Below, in pieces: positions 17,171-26,636 of a DNA stretch of 32,000 nt. The first letter of the stretch is position 1. Each line of letters opens with the position of its first letter. A model generated the notes under the pieces. The model was not told where the DNA came from and searched no databases. It was given only the letters and a program-made list of their open reading frames with translations. The position numbers were made by a program, and so were the translations under genes. The DNA lies in contig JAUWGH010000002.1 in the NCBI GenBank assembly GCA_030606485.1, positions 30,001-62,000 of the forward strand, read 5' to 3'. This DNA is from Promethearchaeota archaeon. GTDB lineage: Archaea; Asgardarchaeota; Lokiarchaeia; Sigyniarchaeales; SOKP01.

Positions 17171-19240
17171 TTATATTCTTGGAATGGAGAAATAAAAAGA
17201 ACTTCCTTTATTTTTTCCCTCCGATTCAACCCAAATCTTTCCACCGTGCAATTCTATAATTTTTTTTGAAATATATAATCCAAGCCCAGTACCCTCTATA
17301 TCTATATCCCATCCTTTACCATATCTTTCAATTTTACCAAATTGTTTAAACAATTGGCTTTTTTCTTTTTCAGTAAGTCCAATTCCATTATCTTTTATAG
17401 AAATTATGTAGAAGTCATCTTTTATTTTAGATTGAATAACAATATTTCCCTCTGGAGGAGTATATTTCAAAGCATTTGTTAATAAATTTGAAACTACATC
17501 ATGAATCATTTCTTTATCGAAATCTGTTTTTAAAGAATCGTGAATTTTAAATAATATTGATTGTTTCCTTAATTCTGCTAATCCTTGCAACTCTTTTATA
17601 CACTCATTAATCAAGGATGTCAAATCTCCCTTAGAAATTTTTAATTCTATTTTATCTTTATCCAATTTTGAACTTTGTAAAAGCATATTAATAATATTTT
17701 CAAGACGTTGACTCCCTTTCATAATTTCTTTTAAAATCGAAATAATATTGTCATCTAATTCAGATTTATAACGTGCTAACAATAGTTCAGTAAATCCTTT
17801 TATTGAAACAAGAGGGGTCTTTAATTCATGTGAAGTTCTAGATAACAACTCTGTTTTTACTTTATTAATTTCATTTAACATTATATTTTGTGCTTCTAAA
17901 TCTTGTTGAATTTGCCAGCGTTTTTGTTCAATTTCAATCGCATCTCCAATTAAATATAAAACCATACTGTCTCGGTTAGTTATAATTGGGTTATGTTTAT
18001 AAAAGACACATAAAGCATTGTTAAATTCGTTTTGAGATTGAATCAATTTTCCATAACATGCTTTTATCTTATTATCAATGATAAATTGATCGGTCTTAGC
18101 ATATTTAGTTTCATTTAAATCAAAAAAGGTTTGAGGTAAATCATGTTCTGCTAAAAATAATTGATTAACAAAAATATTCTCCAAAAAATATTCAGAATTG
18201 TAATTAAATACCTGATTATCGGATGTGATTATTTGATACTGTTCTTTTTCATTAATTGAACTCTTATGAATATATAAAACAATATCGCCGTTTATTAATT
18301 TAAAACAAGAATCTAATAATAATTTTAAATTCTTTTTGACATCAGTTGTAAAATTTAAAAAATTATTATTTAATTCAAATATTAGTTCCTCATAGATTTT
18401 TTTTTCAGTAATATCTTCAAGAGTAACAAGAATTCCTGCTACATTTTCTTCCGAATCGAAGAGAGGTATTCTATTTATATCCAACCATACTATAGTGCCC
18501 TTTTTTAATACCCATGATTCAACTATATGAAATTCAGGTTTTTTTGTTATCATAACCTTGGTTTCATGTTCTTTGAGATGCTTTATCTTTTCTTTATTAT
18601 TTAAAAAATCATTATCTGTTTTACCTATTATTTCCTCAGGATATTCTATGCCTATAAGTTTAGTATAGCTGTGATTACATCCTAAATATGTAGAATTAAT
18701 ATCTTTCCAAAATATATATTGAGGAATGCTTTCCATGACAGTGTGAAGCATCTCATATGATTTTTGTAATGCCACTTCATATTTTTTGGGGTTAAATAGT
18801 TTCCAAAAACGAATTTCTGGCAGAGTTATAGTTAATTTTTTAAATCTATCCTCATTTTCTCTTAACTTTTCCTCAAGTTTCTTACGGCTTGAAATATTTT
18901 TTAAAATAATTAATATTTTTTTTTTATTGCTATCATCTTTAAATCTTTTTTTTTTAATTTCAAACCAAATATATTTATTATTTTTATGTTTAAGTCTTAT
19001 TTCGTTTAAATAATCTTTAGATTCAGTTTTACTTTTTAATATTTTTTTTACTTTAGGTAAATCATCACGATGTAATAAATTTAAAAATGATTCTCCAATT
19101 AATTCTTTACTTGTATACCCCAATAAATTTAAATAAATATGTTCGTTGACAAATTCAAATTCAAATTTATTATTTGGATCAATAATACCAATCAAAACAT
19201 CAATATTTTCCAAAAATATTTGTGATTTATAATCAATCAA
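17171..19240 (-). CDS. PAS-PAS-(GAF-like) sensor histidine kinase
   Basis: Two PAS/PAC repeats (LLHRDD, YIFWKD...YLGCN), H-box SHELKTPL, N-box NLLTNALKYT, G1 DNGIG, G2 GTGLGL. Confidence 0.92.
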   Translation of the reverse strand: MIDYKSQIFLENIDVLIGIIDPNNKFEFEFVNEHIYLNLLGYTSKELIGESFLNLLHRDDLPKVKKILKSKTESKDYLNEIRLKHKNNKYIWFEIKKKRFKDDSNKKKILIILKNISSRKKLEEKLRENEDRFKKLTITLPEIRFWKLFNPKKYEVALQKSYEMLHTVMESIPQYIFWKDINSTYLGCNHSYTKLIGIEYPEEIIGKTDNDFLNNKEKIKHLKEHETKVMITKKPEFHIVESWVLKKGTIVWLDINRIPLFDSEENVAGILVTLEDITEKKIYEELIFELNNNFLNFTTDVKKNLKLLLDSCFKLINGDIVLYIHKSSINEKEQYQIITSDNQVFNYNSEYFLENIFVNQLFLAEHDLPQTFFDLNETKYAKTDQFIIDNKIKACYGKLIQSQNEFNNALCVFYKHNPIITNRDSMVLYLIGDAIEIEQKRWQIQQDLEAQNIMLNEINKVKTELLSRTSHELKTPLVSIKGFTELLLARYKSELDDNIISILKEIMKGSQRLENIINMLLQSSKLDKDKIELKISKGDLTSLINECIKELQGLAELRKQSILFKIHDSLKTDFDKEMIHDVVSNLLTNALKYTPPEGNIVIQSKIKDDFYIISIKDNGIGLTEKEKSQLFKQFGKIERYGKGWDIDIEGTGLGLYISKKIIELHGGKIWVESEGKNKGSSFYFSIPRI

Positions 19241-19430
19241 TATCTTAATATCAAAATAATTAAAAACTATGATTAAAAGATGCTAAGTATTTAAGATTTT
19301 AAAGAAAATTTTTAAATATATATATATGTTTCTTTTAATACTCTCGAATTAAATAAATACACAGAAAAGATCTCTGAAATTTTTCTTAATATGGATTATA
19401 ATGATAACACCGTTGTAAAGATTATAAAAA

Positions 19431-19838
19431 GTGGATGATATGAATTCAAAAAATGAAAAAGTAAATACAAACAATTTTAAAGAGGAATTATCCATAGCTG
19501 AAAAATTAATCCAGGAAGAGAAGTTTGAACAAGCATTAAATTTACTTGAAAAAATGAAAAATTATGATGATGATGTTTTTGATGATGCCCTTGCTCATAA
19601 TTTTTTTATGCTTTATTCTAATACACAATCCATTGTTCGAGGTAAAAATATCTATCAGAATTTATTATCGCTCTCAAAAATAAAGGAAAAAGCGTCCTAT
19701 AAAGAAATTTTTGAATATTTAAAAGATAAAAATATCAATTTAGATATTGATACAATTAAAAGAGAAATAGAGCTTTTAATTTTGAAGGGTATAGTATCTT
19801 GGAAATCTAATAATAATATAATATTTTTCGTAAAGTAA
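19431..19838 (+). CDS. Hypothetical protein, helical hairpin plus C-terminal winged helix
   Basis: AEKLIQEEKFEQALNLLEK (TPR-like) and IKREIELLILKGIVSW (wHTH-like). Confidence 0.6.
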   Translation: MDDMNSKNEKVNTNNFKEELSIAEKLIQEEKFEQALNLLEKMKNYDDDVFDDALAHNFFMLYSNTQSIVRGKNIYQNLLSLSKIKEKASYKEIFEYLKDKNINLDIDTIKREIELLILKGIVSWKSNNNIIFFVK

Positions 19839-19846
19839 AAATAAAT

Positions 19847-20662
19847 TTAAATTTTTAGTGTAATAGGTTCAATATTTGCCACTTTTCCATAGGTTCCAAT
19901 TATCCACATATAAATACAATATTTTAGATTTTTATAATTAGGTTTAGCAAAATTCATATGCCCAAGATGTCCCGGAAATAATAACCCCTCACCATTATAT
20001 CGCTCTCTAACAATGGATTCACCACTTTTATTTATTAAATACTGTGTTACAGCAGTAGTTTTATCAGGTATGCAAAAAATATAAACTTCTGGAAAACCAT
20101 GGTGTATATGAGGATAAATTTCTAAATCTCCATTTGTAGATTTTTCAATATTAACGCTAGTTACAACCCCTTGCTTTAAAGATATGGATGGAATATCGGT
20201 TAATCCTGACATAAAATAACCATTTTTAAATGCGGTCCAAACGGTTCTGAATGTTCCCATTTTTTTATTGTCGCTTAATTCACCACGGGGTAAAAAGTTA
20301 TTAAATTCAAATCTTTGTAAATCAAATTTACAATCTGGATTTATATCTGTACTAATAATAGGCGTTTTTACGATACAAATTTTATTATTTATTAAATCTA
20401 TTTCTTTGGGAAATATTTGAACAGAAGTATTCGGAGGTAGGAAGAACATATCAAACTGTTTTAATTCATATTTTCTATCTTTTAAAGTTAATTGAGATTT
20501 ACCTTTTAATAACGCGGCATTTGCAACTTGTTTATTTTTAGTCTCAATGATAAAATTTTCATCAAAATAGAAATATTCTACAGATGTATCTCCAAGACTC
20601 TTTTTTAATTTACCAGAAACTGGATCATCAAAAAAAAATTTTTGCATCTCTTTTTTTGTCAA
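19847..20662 (-). CDS. IolB/KduI-family cupin isomerase
   Basis: FDMFFLPP, YPHIHH...PEVY, TQY, GH...AKPNY...YMW follow the IolB metal-ligand pattern. Confidence 0.65.
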   Translation of the reverse strand: MTKKEMQKFFFDDPVSGKLKKSLGDTSVEYFYFDENFIIETKNKQVANAALLKGKSQLTLKDRKYELKQFDMFFLPPNTSVQIFPKEIDLINNKICIVKTPIISTDINPDCKFDLQRFEFNNFLPRGELSDNKKMGTFRTVWTAFKNGYFMSGLTDIPSISLKQGVVTSVNIEKSTNGDLEIYPHIHHGFPEVYIFCIPDKTTAVTQYLINKSGESIVRERYNGEGLLFPGHLGHMNFAKPNYKNLKYCIYMWIIGTYGKVANIEPITLKI

Positions 20663-20690
20663 GATTTTATTTTGTTTTGATATTTTAAAC

Positions 20691-21896
20691 TCACCAAAAA
20701 GAATTTATTTTTTCCTTTTCAGAAATTATTTCTTCTTCTAATTCCCCTTTATATACTCCTTTTTGAATCACATACATCATTATCTCATCAGTTCCCCCCC
20801 CAATTCGCAATAAACGAACATCTCTTAGACATCTTTCTATAGGATATTTATCGGTATATCCGATTCCGCCCAAAATTTGAAGTGCATCATCGCAAATTTC
20901 AAATGCTACTTGGCAACAAAATAGTTTAGTCATTGCCGCTAATGTTCCACTTTCCATCGTATTAATCATGCGGTTTAATAAAGATTTTGCTGCTTCAAAT
21001 TTAGTAGCCATTTTTGCAATTTTAAAGCTAATTCCCTCAAATGCGGAGATAGGTCTTTTGAATTGAACCCTTTCTTGAGAGTATTTTATAGCAATATATA
21101 ATGCTGTCTTTGCGACTCCTAGAGCTTGAACTGACAATGCAACTCGTTCAGGAACAAGTATATTTTGCAAACTAGCAATAGATGATGTCTTGCCGGATGA
21201 GCGTTCAGGTGAATCTTTTTTTAATTCTTTGAAAAATAACGCATTTTCAAATGGGATTCTTATTTGATTAAGTTTTAAATGCCCGAGATGTAGTCCGTGA
21301 AGTCCCATCATTTGATATTCTTCAATAACTTCAAAACCATCCCATGCAGATTCTATTATAAAAGCTCCATTACGAGCATATATAACAAGATAATCTGCAA
21401 TACTACCATTCACAATAAACCGCTTTTCACCTGTTAAGATATATTCATCGGCATTTTCATCTTTCTCAGCAATTGTTTTCATTCGTGATAAATCACTCCC
21501 TGCATCAGGTTCCGTAAAACAAAAAGCTCCAATTTTTTCTCCTTTTACTAAATATTCAACATAATTTCTTAGTTGTTTTGTTTTACCAAACATTCGAATT
21601 AAAAAAGCTGGATAAGATCCTGATAATCTTGCCATATCAACAGATAAACTATAACCAGAAATAGCTTCAGATAATATTAATTCATATTTCGTGGGAAATC
21701 CCAACCCTCCGAATCGTTTGGGAAATGTAACACCACAATATCCTTTTTTACCAAGAGATTTTATAATATCCCACATTTCCTTTTTCCCATTTTCAATGTC
21801 ATCAATAAAAGGAGCGAGCTCATTTTTTAACGTTTCATCAACCTCATTTTTCCACGCCATTTCTTGTTCCGTTAAGTTCAGAAATATACTTCTCAT
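20691..21896 (-). CDS. Acyl-CoA dehydrogenase (IVD/LCAD-type catalytic arrangement)
   Basis: FCFTEPDAGSD, GEKRFI, ERVQFKRPI, GGIGY, IGGGTDEI. Confidence 0.92.
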   Translation of the reverse strand: MRSIFLNLTEQEMAWKNEVDETLKNELAPFIDDIENGKKEMWDIIKSLGKKGYCGVTFPKRFGGLGFPTKYELILSEAISGYSLSVDMARLSGSYPAFLIRMFGKTKQLRNYVEYLVKGEKIGAFCFTEPDAGSDLSRMKTIAEKDENADEYILTGEKRFIVNGSIADYLVIYARNGAFIIESAWDGFEVIEEYQMMGLHGLHLGHLKLNQIRIPFENALFFKELKKDSPERSSGKTSSIASLQNILVPERVALSVQALGVAKTALYIAIKYSQERVQFKRPISAFEGISFKIAKMATKFEAAKSLLNRMINTMESGTLAAMTKLFCCQVAFEICDDALQILGGIGYTDKYPIERCLRDVRLLRIGGGTDEIMMYVIQKGVYKGELEEEIISEKEKINSFW

Positions 21897-22150
21897 CTTA
21901 ATGTATCAATCTATTTTTTTCTTAAGGAATTTGAATTGTTTTTTTCTTTTATATATAATATATTATGCCTTTTTAACATAAATATTTCATCTGATTCTTA
22001 CTTAGAATTAAACCTTACATGATTCTAAATCAAATAACATAAAGATTTCATAAGAATATAAACGAAATTTGTATTTAAAATCAAGGTTTTCTTTTAAAGA
22101 TTAAGATATTCAAAAAATATTTTAAAAATTATATTACGAATTAAATTATT

Positions 22151-23347
22151 TCATAGAATTGTTTGAATTCTAATTTGTTTTTGAGAATTTGTTTCGATAG
22201 TAGAAATTAAAGTATCGATTTCTTGCCTTGTTTTATATTCAATTATTTTTTCTTCTCCTGATAACCATGCATTAAAACCTGTCATATGCTTATAGGTCTC
22301 GAATAGACCTCGTTGAATACCTGAGTTTTCTATTGTAACACCATTAAGAATATCTTTGAGGTTATTTTTTATTCGTAATTTATAAATAAATGTGCTTGAA
22401 GTAGTATCTTTATCAGTATCAATAGAAATTATATTTATACCTTTTTTTATTGCAGGAGGGGCTTCAAATAATTCTAAACCCTCTTCTCTTTCTCTAAATA
22501 AACCAGTTTCGATTATATTTTGTTGTTTTTGAGGTTTAATAATAATTGGGATTTCAAAAGAGATTATATCTCCCCCGACTTCTCTTTTTCTATTTCCTAT
22601 TATTTCTAGAAACCATTTAGAATAATCCCCAAATTTAACTCCCCACTGATCTTTTTCTTGAGGTTCCCAAAGATATTCATGACTTGGTTCAGCGTGATTT
22701 GGAACTTTTATCAATAGAAAACCGTGATCTGTTTTGGATGTTTTTGCTCCACCAGCAATCACTGGTGGTAATTCCTCAGTACTTCCACATTGTTCACCAA
22801 AAGGTTCACAAATACATATTAAATTAGCCTTTTGTTTTAATCTTATTTGAAATAATGCTAAATTGCTTGTTTTATAATCAATCTTTATAGCCTCGCCTGG
22901 TTTAAAAATATCTTTAGAAATTTCAAGATCTATCCCAGACATAATTAATTTAATTGGAGTGGGAATTCTATTTTGATATATACTCTCTTTTGGAAAAATT
23001 TTAATGTGATTTTCTTTAAAAATTTCTATTTCTTTTTGAGAATTAAGAGGACTTTTAATTCTTAAAGTCATTTTAACTAAGTAGTGAATTTTTCTTGCCG
23101 GAATTGTTGGAACTACGTTGGGATTAATAAGTTGTGTTCTTTTTCTTATGTATTCACCAGGTTCAAAAGTACCTTGATTGAATATTTCAGATTTGGTTAT
23201 AATTAAGTCTCTTTTACATGGGTTTTTAGAAATTAATTTTAAACCTCCCCACAAGATCTCAGTTGTTTCTTCAAATGTAGTTTTAGTAATTACATTAAGA
23301 TAATCTCCCAAAATGATACTATCATCATTATCAAGACTTAATTTCAT
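22151..23347 (-). CDS. Arrestin/Vps26/SpoOM-fold protein with extra C-terminal domain
   Basis: N-lobe FEPGEY...VVPTI...IHYLVK and C-lobe LEISKDIFKPGEAIKI follow arrestin-fold patterns. Confidence 0.6.
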   Translation of the reverse strand: MKLSLDNDDSIILGDYLNVITKTTFEETTEILWGGLKLISKNPCKRDLIITKSEIFNQGTFEPGEYIRKRTQLINPNVVPTIPARKIHYLVKMTLRIKSPLNSQKEIEIFKENHIKIFPKESIYQNRIPTPIKLIMSGIDLEISKDIFKPGEAIKIDYKTSNLALFQIRLKQKANLICICEPFGEQCGSTEELPPVIAGGAKTSKTDHGFLLIKVPNHAEPSHEYLWEPQEKDQWGVKFGDYSKWFLEIIGNRKREVGGDIISFEIPIIIKPQKQQNIIETGLFREREEGLELFEAPPAIKKGINIISIDTDKDTTSSTFIYKLRIKNNLKDILNGVTIENSGIQRGLFETYKHMTGFNAWLSGEEKIIEYKTRQEIDTLISTIETNSQKQIRIQTIL

Positions 23348-23374
23348 TTTTATCGTTTGATTGTTTTAAAAATA

Positions 23375-24286
23375 TTATTCAGAATGAATAGAAACAATTA
23401 TGTCAGAAAATAATTTCATATCTTTTAACAATACACGAATCTTCTCAGAAGATTCAGGATCCAATTCCCCTTCCGATTTCATTATTAAAACAGCTAATAT
23501 GTATTTAAAAATATACAGTTGAAGTTCTTTACCTTCTTCTGAATTTCCTTTAAACTCTGCAGAATCAGATAAAAAAACATTCTCTCTAATTACATTACAG
23601 GAACTGATAAAATCTCTTAAATCTGCCCTTAATGATAGTCCACTTGAAACTCCTTGAACATTATGAACTAATACATTTCCTGATATATCGGAAATAATAA
23701 TTCTCGCATTTATCTCCTGTAAGTGCTTTTCCGCTTTTTCTATATGACCCTTTAATTCTGAATAAGATCCCATTAATATATCTCTGAAGATCTTTGTTAA
23801 ACTTTGTTGATCATAGATACTCGTTAGAAACGTTTCTGGCTTATAATCTTTAAATATATCTGAAAAAATCTCTCGAGCTTTTATTATATTCGTATCCAAG
23901 AGTTCCTTTTGATAGTCTTCAGTATCATATTTATGATAAAACAGACAAATTTTTGGTTTCTGATAATTCTCTTTATAAAGTTTTATAATATCTTCAAAAT
24001 ACTTTTTTGATTTATCAAAAGAATTTGGATCGTGCAAATCAACCACGGGAATCAAAACATCTGTACCCATGAATATTTTCGGCTTATCAAGATATTCTTT
24101 GATGTATTGGTCTTGGCCTCCAAAATCAAAAATTGATATTTCTAATCCTAAAAAAGGATGCCTTCTTGTTTCATAGAGTATCGTTGGAGATAATCCTTTT
24201 GTTTCTTCGGGTGTTTTTTCCGCGAATATTACTGAATATAAGGAAGTTTTACCACAACCAGAAAGGCCTATTAAACTAATTTTCAT
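23375..24286 (-). CDS. Rag/Gtr-like small GTPase with C-terminal roadblock/longin-like domain
   Basis: G1 GLSGCGKT, G2 PT, G3 DFGGQ, G4 HKYD, G5 TSIYD (Rag-type H-K-x-D and TSI-Y/W-D). C-terminal IIISDISGNVLV is a roadblock-like start. Confidence 0.85.
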   Translation of the reverse strand: MKISLIGLSGCGKTSLYSVIFAEKTPEETKGLSPTILYETRRHPFLGLEISIFDFGGQDQYIKEYLDKPKIFMGTDVLIPVVDLHDPNSFDKSKKYFEDIIKLYKENYQKPKICLFYHKYDTEDYQKELLDTNIIKAREIFSDIFKDYKPETFLTSIYDQQSLTKIFRDILMGSYSELKGHIEKAEKHLQEINARIIISDISGNVLVHNVQGVSSGLSLRADLRDFISSCNVIRENVFLSDSAEFKGNSEEGKELQLYIFKYILAVLIMKSEGELDPESSEKIRVLLKDMKLFSDIIVSIHSE

Positions 24287-24364
24287 TTTTTTATATCTCG
24301 TTTATTCTTATTTAAATTTTTAATTTGATTTTATAAAAATTTTGTTGAAAAATTGTTTTATCTA

Positions 24365-25858
24365 TTATTTTGATTTTTTTTCTTTTGGTTTCAGAGAGTA
24401 TTTCTTAAAAAAGAGTTTTCTATGTGAATCAGAAATATCTATAATTATTTCTCCAAGAACATGTTTTCCATCTTTAATTTCTAATGGATAATTAATCTGA
24501 ATAGATTCAAAAGGAAAAATTTCTTTTATTGTTGTACTCCAAGGTCGTTTTTCGAATAGTTCTTCCACAATAGCAACCCTAATTTGTAAATTTTCAAGAA
24601 GATATCCAATAACATTTTCTATTGTAATTGTAGTAGCCGTTTGACTTTCATTCAGTTTTTGAGTAACCCTTAATATTTTTCTTGTTCCAAACGGCGTTGC
24701 GACCTCAGCTTCCTCTTTCAATTCTGGTCTTGGTTTAAATGGTTCTTCTCTATCTATGTCTTTAACTATAAAAACCTTCCTTTTAAGAACCGTATATTGA
24801 GATACTTTCTTTAATCTTGCTAGGAACAAGACAGAATTTAAATTTTCCACTGAAAATGGTTCAGAAAGTAAATATCCCTTTTTTATAGCGTCCTCTATAA
24901 TTTCTACTCCTATACCTGATCGTGCTAAAACTGTGTTTTTCATCGGTCCACTTCCAACAGAACCCACCGAGATATCAGCATTTTCAGCAGCTAAATCTGT
25001 GCAAAAATTGCAACTTGATGATTTAAATTTATCTAATTCCTTTATTTTATAGGATTTTACTTCTGTATCTCCTTTATAAAGATAAAATCTTCCTTTATTG
25101 ATATCCATTTTTGTTATTTCCGCTAAATTAATTCCCTCCTTCTCAAAAAATGGTAATAATGCTTCATGTGAAAATGAATCCATACAAAATAATCCAATTT
25201 TAAAAACATGTGCTCTCATAAAATATTTTAACATTCCAAGTGGACTACTTTCCATTTTAAACACAGCATCTATGTTGCAAGGAGTTCCTACAAATGCGAT
25301 AGAGCCCATGTCATTTCTAATCCCGTCCATTAAAGAATCAACTGTTTGTGAATGGCTATAAATAGAACCAGCAGCTTCGATAGCTTCTTCTTTAGTAGTA
25401 ATAAGTTGAGGCAACGGAACCCATGGTTTATTTGGATTTTTTTTAGTAACAACTGCTCCGTCAATCAAATTTTCATCAAATAAATAACACAATAAGCTCG
25501 TAACGGTTCCTCCGTCCTGACCACCAATAACTTCAGGAATTCCACTTTTCGTAACATAACCTGTTTTAAAAAGACCAACAAGTTGTTCGGGATTAGTAAT
25601 AGTCCTCGGACATTGATTATAACAAATTCCACACCCAGAACATTGACCGACTAATCGTGGTTCATCATAAATTGGATCCCATTCAAGAGCACTGCAAATC
25701 GCTGCACAAGTGCCACAATGAGTGCAAACACCTGTTCTTATAACTTCCTTTACTAATTTTCCAAATGAATCTTTTTTCCCTTCTAATTTCCTTCTTATAT
25801 ATTCAAAAGAATGTTCATACTTAGATTCAGATTTTACTTTATTTATTTCTTCACTCAC
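24365..25858 (-). CDS. FrhB/FdhB-family (F420-binding) protein with N-terminal 2x[4Fe-4S] and a C-terminal extension
   Basis: CTHCGTC...CSGCGICYNQCP, QDGGTVT, VGTPC, GLFCMDSF, CNFCTD...DISVG; about 140 extra C-terminal residues. Confidence 0.88.
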   Translation of the reverse strand: MSEEINKVKSESKYEHSFEYIRRKLEGKKDSFGKLVKEVIRTGVCTHCGTCAAICSALEWDPIYDEPRLVGQCSGCGICYNQCPRTITNPEQLVGLFKTGYVTKSGIPEVIGGQDGGTVTSLLCYLFDENLIDGAVVTKKNPNKPWVPLPQLITTKEEAIEAAGSIYSHSQTVDSLMDGIRNDMGSIAFVGTPCNIDAVFKMESSPLGMLKYFMRAHVFKIGLFCMDSFSHEALLPFFEKEGINLAEITKMDINKGRFYLYKGDTEVKSYKIKELDKFKSSSCNFCTDLAAENADISVGSVGSGPMKNTVLARSGIGVEIIEDAIKKGYLLSEPFSVENLNSVLFLARLKKVSQYTVLKRKVFIVKDIDREEPFKPRPELKEEAEVATPFGTRKILRVTQKLNESQTATTITIENVIGYLLENLQIRVAIVEELFEKRPWSTTIKEIFPFESIQINYPLEIKDGKHVLGEIIIDISDSHRKLFFKKYSLKPKEKKSK

Positions 25859-26076
25859 TCTATAAAACCTCTATTTACACAGAGATTTGGTTATAATTAC
25901 TTTATAAAAAACTTAATCCTTAAAAAAAATTATTAAAATTAAATAGTAATTTAATTTTTAAAGAAAGACATCAAGTAAAAACAGATAAGTTATTGATTAT
26001 TTTGTTTATCTTGCTTCAATTTTTTTATCATTTTAGTAGTTAAGAGCCGAACATTTCAATGATAATCTCCTATACA

Positions 26077-26432
26077 TTATAAAAGATGCTTAAGAATTTT
26101 TTCATCACCAATTTCTCCCAAATGTTTTACCGCCTTTTTTTAATATTTGCTCTATTACTTGAATTGAAATAATTACTTAATAGTTCTATTATCTGTCTTT
26201 TGCAAATCTTGTTCTTATTGTTAAATTTCTTTAGGAATGTAATGCATTTTTTTAAATATATTTTTGGATTTGAAAATTCTTTTTTGATTTTTTATTAGTT
26301 TTCGAAATTATTATTAAAGAAGTTATCAATCTCGAAAGTAATCTCATACAAATATTTGGAGAATCGGAAATAATAACCGAAACCATATAACTTAAAATAA
26401 TTTCTTATGGTTTCTCGAAACAAATAATTATT
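26077..26432 (-). pseudogene. Possible degraded HEAT/PBS-repeat gene remnant
   Basis: One minus-strand frame runs about 100 codons, interrupted by TAA-TAA at 26292-26297. Adding one A to the A7 run (T7 at 26135-26141) gives KKKAVKHLGEIGDEKILKHLL, which is HEAT-like. Confidence 0.3.
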
Positions 26433-26636
26433 CTATTTTCCATTTCTGTCAGTATCGAATAATTTATATAATCATTAAGATAAAAGTTATTAAATAAGGT
26501 AATTTCAAAATGTAAAATTATTGAATCTGAAAATTAATATAAAAATTTTTTTTAATTTGGAGCATTTTAAATTTTTTTAATCTAATAGTATAAATTTTTA
26601 AATAAAAATCATAAAACGAGTTGATGTGAAAAAAAA

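Noticed and set aside
26379-26414. GAAACCATA-N18-TATGGTTTC inverted repeat as a 5' SECIS or operator
   Set aside because: No UGA/GA core is in register, and a 9-bp, mostly A/T repeat is plausible by chance in a 780-bp AT-rich spacer.
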